Source of the DNA: an uncultured Gammaproteobacteria bacterium
GTDB taxonomy: Bacteria; Patescibacteriota; Microgenomatia; UBA8517
DNA: 64,000 nt
Direction: 5' to 3'
NCBI GenBank assembly: GCA_964583685.1
Contig: CAZOVJ010000002.1
Coordinates: forward strand, 45,055-109,054
The position numbers and the translations under genes are program-made. A model generated the notes under the pieces. That model had not been told where the DNA came from, searched no databases, and saw only the letters and a program-made list of their open reading frames with translations. Shown here in pieces: positions 56,852-64,000 of the stretch; positions within the stretch are counted from its first letter, which is position 1, and each line of letters begins with the position of its first letter.

Positions 56852-57189
56852 ACCACCCTAGCTCTTTGATCTGGAATGAGTAACATTTTGACTCAATCAT
56901 TTTATGCATTTGTCATTCTCCCTGTCAAGGAGAAAATCCTGTCTGCACCCAGGCCTGCCTCGCCGAATCAAGGCGGGCAAGCCTGCTGTCAAGAGGCAAA
57001 TCAAAATCAGGCTCAGAATAAATTAGCAACCGCCCATTCTTTAAAAAATACCGATTCTTCGGAAAATATCTCCTCTACAGGGAAGAACAAGAGGAAACAA
57101 CAAGCTACCTTTCTCAATCTTCTTCATTTTCAGCCTGAGAAAGAATGTTATACTTAGGCACATAACCGAGAGGAGGTGAATAATAAAAA

Positions 57190-57324
57190 ATGTTTTATTG
57201 CGTTAAGTGTCGTGCCAAGAGAAAAGGTAAAGACCCTAAGCCCTACACAATGAAAAATGGGAAAAAAGCAACAACTGCTACCTGTGAAGTCTGTGGCACC
57301 AAAATGTTCCGAATCGGAGGATAA
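57190..57324 (+). CDS. Small zinc-ribbon protein (DUF5679-like, 44 aa)
   Basis: MFYCVKCR...MKNG...CEVCGTKMFRIGG; GAGGAGGTGA RBS; below ORF-track cutoff. Confidence 0.85.
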   Translation: MFYCVKCRAKRKGKDPKPYTMKNGKKATTATCEVCGTKMFRIGG

Positions 57325-57351
57325 TCTCCTACGAAGATAATATAAATAAAG

Positions 57352-57383
57352 AGGAATCCCGGTTAAATACCGGATTCCTTTTT
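57352..57383 (+). terminator. Rho-independent terminator between convergent genes
   Basis: aggaatcc(c)gg...ccggattcct followed by a T run. Confidence 0.7.
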
Positions 57384-57396
57384 GTCAGCTTACTAC

Positions 57397-58089
57397 TCAC
57401 TTACGAATCTTCTCGTACCACTCGTCAAGAATTTTGGCAACAACGTCCTTGGCCCCAAGTCCAACAGAAAGACCAACCACTAAAACAATGGTATAGGTTA
57501 ACCCCTGGAAAAAAGTGGCAGTCAACCCTTGGGCAATCTGCAATTGGTCTATGGCGGCAAAAAAGACAATTATCAAAATTAACCAACGAGCAAGTTTACC
57601 AATCGGCTTAGCTATAGCATGATCAAAAGATGCCAGGAATCCCCTAACCAGGCCGTCTGCCACTCCAGCCACTATATAACCAGCAGCCAGAATCAGAGCA
57701 GCAGCAATCACATTTGGCAGATAACCAATAACCCTCAAAAGAGCCTGAGAAACAATACTCAAGCCCAAAATTTCAACAAAGGCAAGAAAGAAAATTAAAA
57801 TAATCAGCCACTCGACTAGGGTTCCTAAAAGTTCAATAAAGGTAAAACGAACCTCTGCCTTGGCCAAATACTGGTCAATTTTGGCCATTTTGGTTAATTT
57901 TTCTAAACGCACCAGCTTTAAAAGTTTAACAATCAAATATTTCGCCCAATAAGCTAATATCAAACCAACAACAAGAACCAAAATCCCTCCCAGTATGTTT
58001 GGCAATACACTGGTAAAGGCAAGCCAGACTTCCCACCAAGAAGCAATTAAGGCGCTTTGCCAAGAAGAAAAAGTCTCCAAATTTGTCAC
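57397..58089 (-). CDS. Conserved TM-helix repeat (CmpX/MscS-associated) membrane protein
   Basis: Two LPN(I/V) TM repeats, GL..GLG.KD. Confidence 0.8.
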   Translation of the reverse strand: MTNLETFSSWQSALIASWWEVWLAFTSVLPNILGGILVLVVGLILAYWAKYLIVKLLKLVRLEKLTKMAKIDQYLAKAEVRFTFIELLGTLVEWLIILIFFLAFVEILGLSIVSQALLRVIGYLPNVIAAALILAAGYIVAGVADGLVRGFLASFDHAIAKPIGKLARWLILIIVFFAAIDQLQIAQGLTATFFQGLTYTIVLVVGLSVGLGAKDVVAKILDEWYEKIRK

Positions 58090-58156
58090 CCCCCTTCTCC
58101 TTTCTTAAATATCTGTCTTTTCCATTTTCACAAATTTTTAACACAAATGTCAAGAA

Positions 58157-58190
58157 AGAAAAAAGCTCGCGGAAAAGCGAGCTTTTTTCT
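58157..58190 (-). terminator. Terminator of rnpB (bidirectional hairpin)
   Basis: agaaaaaagctcgc-ggaaaa-gcgagcttttttct. Confidence 0.8.
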
Positions 58191-58192
58191 GG

Positions 58193-58574
58193 CTCTGGAG
58201 GATAGTAAGCCAGATTCTGTTTTAGTCCCGCCTGACGGCAGGTAGGTAATCATCTGTCTATGCCCTCACCTTGGGACGTTCCCCTCGCTGAGCGAGGAGA
58301 GTCGGGAAGGCATCCTAATGACGTCCCGGTCGGAGGTTGCAGCAGGGAGGATTGCCTCTTTTCACCCTCTTCCCTAATACCGTTAGGTATTAGGATGAGT
58401 CGTAGTCTCTGTGGCTCTAACTAGCGGTTACCCGTGTCCGATGTAAATCGGACCACCCTGCCTTCTGCTGTCTGGACTTTCCTCCCCGCCTAATTTTTGC
58501 CTTTCGCCTTTAAGTACTATTCGTACACGGCTCTAGGCGCAAATTTTGGCGGAGCGATTACCCCTCCTCCAGAG
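58193..58574 (-). ncRNA. rnpB: RNase P RNA
   Basis: Minus strand has GAGGAAAGTCC and ACAGAATCTGGCTTA; ends CTCTGGAGG/CCTCCAGAG pair as P1. Confidence 0.93.
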
Positions 58575-58619
58575 TAAGCGTATTATAGCAAAAAGAAGCA
58601 AATTTTTCCAGTCAGTGAA

Positions 58620-59600
58620 CTATCTGGGAGAAACTAGCTCTTTCGAGGCCACCTGAAGGCTAATCAATATGGGCACAGAGAGAATTGCACCAATAATACC
58701 GGCAATTTTAAAACCAATAATCAAGGATAAAAGGGTAATTAAAGGACTAATGCCAGCAGACTTTTGCATCACCTTTGGAACGAGAAAATAATTTTCTAAT
58801 TGTTGAATTAAAAATGCCCAAGCTGTAACTGCCAAGCCCATTACTGGTGAAATTCCAAAACCAACAATTACCGCCGGTATGGCAGCAAGAGTTGGACCAA
58901 GCAGGGGAACAATTTCCAATATTCCTGCCAAAAGGGCCAGGGCCAAAGCATAAGGTATCCCAAGAATGATAAAACCCACATAGCTTGTCATCCCAACCGT
59001 AAGCATCAATATCAACTGACCCCGTACCCAACCGCCCAATTTTATCTCTAATTGGTCTATGAATCGGCCAATCCTCTTGCTTATATTTTGCCTATTGCCA
59101 AAAAGGACACTCAATTGATCGTCCAATTTGTCTCTGACCAAGAGAAGATAAAAAGCAAAAACAAAAATCGTAAAAAGACTGAAGATATTGGAAAATATCG
59201 ACATACCTACCCTCAATATTTGACTAGGAAGATTAGCAAGCTGTGAAGTAAGTTCTCTGGTAATCTCTTGGCTTACAAAAAAGGGGAGGTCTATTTGATT
59301 CAAATAATTGGTCAAATTGAGAATAAAATTACTTGTCTGCTCTATAAAAGTAGGAATTATCCCGGCTATAACAGAAGTCAAAAAAACAAAAATCAACAAA
59401 TAAATAAGTAAAATTGATACAGCCCTGGGAATCTTAACTTTAGAGAGTTTAGAAACTAGAGGATTAAAAATTGACATGATTAAGAGGGCAAGAAAAAGTT
59501 GGAAGAGAACATCTCGTATAAAATAGATGAACCAAACGGCAATCAAAAAGAAGACACTAAAAATAATTGTTTTATGAGAAATCTCAATTTTTCTAGGCAT
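58620..59600 (-). CDS. AI-2E (PerM) family transporter
   Basis: W.RGQL, P.LG, QQLEN..L.PK, G.ILSVP. Confidence 0.9.
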   Translation of the reverse strand: MPRKIEISHKTIIFSVFFLIAVWFIYFIRDVLFQLFLALLIMSIFNPLVSKLSKVKIPRAVSILLIYLLIFVFLTSVIAGIIPTFIEQTSNFILNLTNYLNQIDLPFFVSQEITRELTSQLANLPSQILRVGMSIFSNIFSLFTIFVFAFYLLLVRDKLDDQLSVLFGNRQNISKRIGRFIDQLEIKLGGWVRGQLILMLTVGMTSYVGFIILGIPYALALALLAGILEIVPLLGPTLAAIPAVIVGFGISPVMGLAVTAWAFLIQQLENYFLVPKVMQKSAGISPLITLLSLIIGFKIAGIIGAILSVPILISLQVASKELVSPR

Positions 59601-59606
59601 AATTAT

Positions 59607-60566
59607 CTAAGAATACCATTTTTTTAGTAATTTATCTAAGTTTTTCTGCCAGCCAATCCTGGTGATATCAAACCAATTGATTCTTTTATCACTCTTGAAC
59701 CAGGTAATCTGGCGTCGAGCATATCTCTGTTCTTCTTTTTTCCACTCACTGATAACCTGCTTCTTTGTTTTGTTGCCTTTAAAAAAACCCTTCCATTGTC
59801 GATAGCCTAAAGAGGACATTGCCTGAGAATGCCAAGAAATACCCTTCTTAAGCAATTCTTTAATCTCCCCTTCTATTCCTGCTTTGACTCTTTTCTTAAT
59901 TCTTTGGTCAATTTTTTTAAAAAGAGCCTCTTTTGAAGCAATCAGGCCAATAAACAGGGTTTCACATTTTGAAAATCCCCGAGCTTTGTCAGCTTTTACT
60001 CCTGCTTTAGCCACTTCTATTGCCCTGACTAGTCTGTGGGGGTTTTTCTTGTCTGACCGATTCATAGACCGGGCTCGAAGAGGATCTAGCTCAATCAGAA
60101 TCTCAAAAAGCTCTGAAACCTCTTTGTATTTCAGTGACTTTCTTAAGAATTCGTCTTTGACTATAGAAAGGGTTTCCAGACCATCAACCAGGGCCTTGAT
60201 ATAAAACCCTGTTCCTCCAACTAATATCGGTAATTTCCCCTGTTGCCAAACATGCTTTATAATCCGATCGGCAATTTCAACATAATGGGCAACACTAAAC
60301 TCTTCTGTCGGCCCTACCAAATCATACCCCCAAATCCTCACCCCATTTATCTTATAAAACCCTAGCTTTTTTCTCTTCCATTTGATATCTGATATTTGAT
60401 ATTTGGGATTTAGCGGTAAATCCTTACCTGTCCCTATATTCATGTCCCGATAGACCTGCCTTGAGTCAGCAGAAACAAGCTCGCCATCAAATACTTTAGC
60501 CAAATGAAGCGCCAAACTCGTCTTCCCTGTCGCCGTCGGCCCGCAAATTATAAGAAGTTTTTTCAT
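59607..60566 (-). CDS. miaA: tRNA dimethylallyltransferase
   Basis: GPTATGKT, SADSRQVY, VGGTGFY, YARRQ.TW. Confidence 0.95.
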   Translation of the reverse strand: MKKLLIICGPTATGKTSLALHLAKVFDGELVSADSRQVYRDMNIGTGKDLPLNPKYQISDIKWKRKKLGFYKINGVRIWGYDLVGPTEEFSVAHYVEIADRIIKHVWQQGKLPILVGGTGFYIKALVDGLETLSIVKDEFLRKSLKYKEVSELFEILIELDPLRARSMNRSDKKNPHRLVRAIEVAKAGVKADKARGFSKCETLFIGLIASKEALFKKIDQRIKKRVKAGIEGEIKELLKKGISWHSQAMSSLGYRQWKGFFKGNKTKKQVISEWKKEEQRYARRQITWFKSDKRINWFDITRIGWQKNLDKLLKKWYS

Positions 60567-60568
60567 CT

Positions 60569-61357
60569 TTAACTCGAGGCACTGGTATAGAACCTGAGAG
60601 CAAAATTCCAGAATCTCATGGCCAGGAAAATAAGGCCCAATCCCAAGGCAAAGGACATTAAAACTCCTCCTGCTGTCACCAATCCCATTAAAGCCTTTGC
60701 CGGCAGGGTAATCATTATGGCCACCGGAATAAGATAAGTTAAGATTCCTTGTAATGGCTCTCTGTAAATATCCACCGGAAATTTGCCCAAATTAACAAAA
60801 TCCCGATAAATCAAAATGGTATTATCAATCTCCAAGGTAATTATCCCCAAGGCTAAAACCGCAATATGGAACGCGGCGGCAATCAAAAGGCCATTAATCA
60901 TCAAAAATAAGTAGAGCAAAATCTGGCCAAGATTGGGGTTCAAACTTTGGCCGAGCAGAAAAATGGCTACGATTAGAGGGGGTACAGTTATTAAATCAAT
61001 TACATCCGCTCCACCCATCAAAGACCTAAAAAGTGCACTTATCGGTTTTGTCAGAACTAGGTCAAAGTTTCCGGAAACCACGAGAGGACGAAATCGGTAT
61101 ACTTCCCGAAACAAAAATTGAGCAACAATATCAACTAAATTAAAAGTTAAAAAGAAAAACATTGTCTGATTTAAACTGTATCCGGCTAAAGCACCTGTTC
61201 CCTGGAAAAGGAAGTAGATAAAGGCCACAAAAAAAGCAAATCTTAAAATTTTCCCAAATAAAAAGATGAGCAAACTCAATCTTTGAGCAAAAACAGCCAA
61301 AAAGGCATTTTTACTCATCAGCCACCAAATTTTTAGATAATGTGAAAGTTTCTTCAT
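60569..61357 (-). CDS. ABC-2 family permease (DUF990-like)
   Basis: G.FD..L.KP, FP..IY; TM-rich. Confidence 0.85.
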   Translation of the reverse strand: MKKLSHYLKIWWLMSKNAFLAVFAQRLSLLIFLFGKILRFAFFVAFIYFLFQGTGALAGYSLNQTMFFFLTFNLVDIVAQFLFREVYRFRPLVVSGNFDLVLTKPISALFRSLMGGADVIDLITVPPLIVAIFLLGQSLNPNLGQILLYLFLMINGLLIAAAFHIAVLALGIITLEIDNTILIYRDFVNLGKFPVDIYREPLQGILTYLIPVAIMITLPAKALMGLVTAGGVLMSFALGLGLIFLAMRFWNFALRFYTSASS

Positions 61358-62157
61358 CTTCCCTCAGCTCGATAAGCTTTCAGTCCTAGCCTCCATATTT
61401 GATTCATGAGAAACCAAAGAACAACTAACCAAAAAAAAGAAATTGCCAGTCCCTTTACCAGCCCTAAACCAGAAATTTTCCCTAAATAAACCTGCAAAGG
61501 GAAAAATATCAAATATGGAAATGGAGTGGCTAACAAAATGCCTTGAATTGAACTCGGTAGAATGTCAATTGGGAATAAAGCTCCTGACAAAAACTGAGCA
61601 ATAATCGCTATTACCAAAAACTGCGCTCCCCAGGCCAACTCAGGCACCCAAAAGGGTATAAAGCTAGTGATAAAAAGGATGAGAAAAAATAAAAATATAG
61701 CCAAAATTAAAGAAACCAGAAATCCGAGCAAAAAGACCAGGTTTGTTTGAAAGAAAAAGGTTGGTTTCAAAAGTAGGTAGAGAACAATAAATTCCAGAAT
61801 AGCAAAAACTAAATTAAGAGCCTTACTTGAAAGGTCTCGGGTCAGCCAGTACTTAAAATAATTTATTGGTTTTAAAAGATAATTTGTTAAATCACCACGC
61901 GAGATCTCACCGGCAACGTCTAAAGTCTTGGCCGAAAAGACAAAGGCCTTGATAATAATAATTCCGAAAACATAGGTCAAAATTCGGGCTCGGTTATAGC
62001 CAAAGGCCACTTTTGAGGGGTCTGAAAAAACCGTATCCCAAAGGAAAAAAATAAGGAAAATCTGGGTAATATTTCTTATCCGCCAGACTATGAAATTAGT
62101 TCGGTAAACCAGTTCTTCTTGCCAAGAAATCTTAAAGACGGTCAGATATTTTTTCAT
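61354..62157 (-). CDS. ABC-2 family permease
   Basis: I..G.L..YLLKP, LSGA.FP; likely start MKKYL. Confidence 0.85.
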   Translation of the reverse strand: MKKYLTVFKISWQEELVYRTNFIVWRIRNITQIFLIFFLWDTVFSDPSKVAFGYNRARILTYVFGIIIIKAFVFSAKTLDVAGEISRGDLTNYLLKPINYFKYWLTRDLSSKALNLVFAILEFIVLYLLLKPTFFFQTNLVFLLGFLVSLILAIFLFFLILFITSFIPFWVPELAWGAQFLVIAIIAQFLSGALFPIDILPSSIQGILLATPFPYLIFFPLQVYLGKISGLGLVKGLAISFFWLVVLWFLMNQIWRLGLKAYRAEGR

Positions 62158-63136
62158 TAGCAGATCCCTTAAAGACTCTACGAATAATGCTCTCAATTGC
62201 TTCTTCTTCAATTGTTAAATCTACAATGGGAAAGTTTTGTAAAAGTTCTGCGGCCGCAACAGCGGCTGTTAATCGAGGAACAGAAATAATTATCTGAGGA
62301 AGCTCAATTTTCTTAATCTTTCCTATTTTTTCAATCTTCTTGTAGTCAATTCTTTTCTCAAGATATATCTTAATTATCTTCTTTCTTGCATGGCGGGCAA
62401 CAAGCTCATCTAGGAGGCCGTCAAAGAGAATTTCACCCTTATTGATAACAATCACTCTCTTTGCTAAACCAACCAGGTCATCCATATTATGAGAAGTTAA
62501 AAGAATACTCGCCTTATGACGCCTATTATAATCAAGAATAAAATCGCGCATTTTCTGCTGGCCAACCAAGTCCAAACCTATTGTCGGTTCGTCCAAGAAA
62601 AGAATTTTGGGTCGATGCAAAAGTGCGGCCACCAATTCCAATCGCATTCTTTGACCCAAAGAAAGTCTACGGACTTGAGTAGAAAGAAGCTTCTTTACCT
62701 CCAAAAGACTAACCAATTCTTCCAGGCTTTCCCTGTAAGTCTTATCCGGAATTTCATATATTGTCCGGTTCAATTCAAAGGTCTCTAGGGCAGGCAAATC
62801 CCACCAGAGCTGGTTCTTCTGTCCCATCACCAGGGCTATTTGTTTCAAAAAGCTAGACCTTCTATTCCAAGGTGTAAAACCGGCAACCTGGACAAAGCCT
62901 GAAGTTGGATAGAGAATACCGGAGAGAATCTTAAGAGTCGTTGTCTTCCCTGCACCATTCGGTCCAATAAAACCAACCAGTTCTCCTTTTTTAATCGTAA
63001 AAGAAATCTCTTTTAAAGCAGAGATTGTTTTTTTCTTGGGAAGCAAGAATGAAGAAAAAGCTCCTATTAATCCTGGTTTTTTCTCAGTAAGCTTAAAATT
63101 CTTGATCAAATGATCAACAATAATAGCCTTCTCCAT
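62132..63136 (-). CDS. ABC transporter ATP-binding protein
   Basis: GPNGAGKTT, LSLGQRMR, LDEPTIGLD. Confidence 0.9.
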   Translation of the reverse strand: MEKAIIVDHLIKNFKLTEKKPGLIGAFSSFLLPKKKTISALKEISFTIKKGELVGFIGPNGAGKTTTLKILSGILYPTSGFVQVAGFTPWNRRSSFLKQIALVMGQKNQLWWDLPALETFELNRTIYEIPDKTYRESLEELVSLLEVKKLLSTQVRRLSLGQRMRLELVAALLHRPKILFLDEPTIGLDLVGQQKMRDFILDYNRRHKASILLTSHNMDDLVGLAKRVIVINKGEILFDGLLDELVARHARKKIIKIYLEKRIDYKKIEKIGKIKKIELPQIIISVPRLTAAVAAAELLQNFPIVDLTIEEEAIESIIRRVFKGSANEKISDRL

Positions 63137-63151
63137 ATGCCAAGTATACCA

Positions 63152-63427
63152 TCAACGGCTTACTTGTCTTTTGAGTCTTTTTCCAGAAGTAAAACGGGGT
63201 AAACGATGGGGTTTAATGGTTACAAATTTTTCACTTTTGGGAATTTTCACAGTTTTACCCTTCATGGAAATTACCCGAAATGTACCAAAACCAGAAAGTA
63301 CTACCTTTTCTCCTTTAGCCAGCACTCTGCCAATCTCATTCAAAAAAACTTCAACAGATTCCTTTGCTCCTTTTTTAGTCAGGTGCGCCTTTCGGGCTAC
63401 AAGCTCTATTAATTGCTTTTTAGTCAT
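63152..63427 (-). CDS. hup: DNA-binding protein HU
   Basis: MTKKQLI, V.L.GFGTF, P.F..GK.LK. Confidence 0.9.
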   Translation of the reverse strand: MTKKQLIELVARKAHLTKKGAKESVEVFLNEIGRVLAKGEKVVLSGFGTFRVISMKGKTVKIPKSEKFVTIKPHRLPRFTSGKRLKRQVSR

Positions 63428-63475
63428 TCTAGCCTCAGAGATTAGAGGAAAATTAGCCAAAAGTCAAGTTCTTCC

Positions 63476-64000
63476 TTATTTTGCCTTGGTCGTCTCAGTC
63501 ACTCTGGTTTCTCTAATTACTGTCACCTTAATCTGTCCAGCATATTCTACCTCTTTTTCCAGCTGCTTAGCTATATCATGAGCTAAAATTGTCAATTTAT
63601 CATCGTCTATTTCATCTGGCTCAACAATCGCCCTAACATCCCGGCCTGCTTGGAAGGCCATCACCTGCTCAACACCGGGAAAGTCAGCAGCAATCTTTTC
63701 TATTCTATCCATTCGCTTAACGTACTCTTCATGAGGTTCATAGCGTGCTCCGGGCCTTGAACCGGATATGGCATCAGCTGTCCAAACAATAATCGACTCG
63801 ACTGAAGAGAAAGGTTCATCTTCATGGTGCTCGGCAACCGTAGCAATAACCTCTTTTGAAAAGCCAAAACGCTTTAAAAGAGCAACTCCCACCTCAACAT
63901 GAGTACCTTCCTCTTCGCTAATCACTTTTCCAATATCATGGAGCAGGCACCCTAAACGGACCACTTCAACTTTTGCCTTAATTTCGTTGGCAATAGCCAC
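63476..64000 (-). CDS. rny: Ribonuclease Y, C-terminal part (partial)
   Basis: LLHDIGK, ADAISGSRPGAR, QAGR.VR, GQIKVTVIRE. Confidence 0.95.
   Translation of the reverse strand: MAIANEIKAKVEVVRLGCLLHDIGKVISEEEGTHVEVGVALLKRFGFSKEVIATVAEHHEDEPFSSVESIIVWTADAISGSRPGARYEPHEEYVKRMDRIEKIAADFPGVEQVMAFQAGRDVRAIVEPDEIDDDKLTILAHDIAKQLEKEVEYAGQIKVTVIRETRVTETTKAK

Noticed and set aside
56876-57157. 93-aa ORF
   Set aside because: It spans a promoter region and a GC-rich palindrome-like stretch (56952-56985) and has no protein-like features; the real gene is 57190-57324.

Overview
AT-rich bacterial DNA using the standard code. The gene set (short AspS lacking the GAD insert, DUF3048/DUF4446, GGGGGTGA-type RBS, extended -10 promoters) suggests a Patescibacteria/CPR genome, probably Microgenomates; this is inference. 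Both ends are housekeeping: lon (partial), PAP2, L,D-transpeptidase, dgkA, truB and yjbQ on the left; SurA-like, gltX, DD-carboxypeptidase, ybaK, aspS, relA/spoT, recJ, cca, rnpB, miaA, ABC transporter, HU and rny (partial) on the right. Between them, around tRNA-Gln(CUG) at 6813-6883, lies a ~37 kb accessory region. (1) A 3.4 kb block upstream of the tRNA is bounded by a duplicated tRNA promoter and 5' half. (2) From ~7.5 to ~40.4 kb, unrelated 1-5 gene modules (NUDIX x3, phosphatases, kinases, methyltransferases, nucleotidyltransferases, TspO, MutS-like, HEPN-like, ECF transporter) are separated by more than 20 copies of one degenerate element, TATGGG-N3-GAAAGG(T)TCTAGACCGACCTGCTCAGC. The element is always on the + strand, folds as a G·T-rich hairpin with compensatory changes, and is sometimes stacked in tandem with no gene between copies. 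This looks like an integron-like cassette array with a non-attC site and no integrase in the window. One module is a compact azole RiPP cluster: Cys/Ser-rich precursor, YcaO and SagB-type dehydrogenase.
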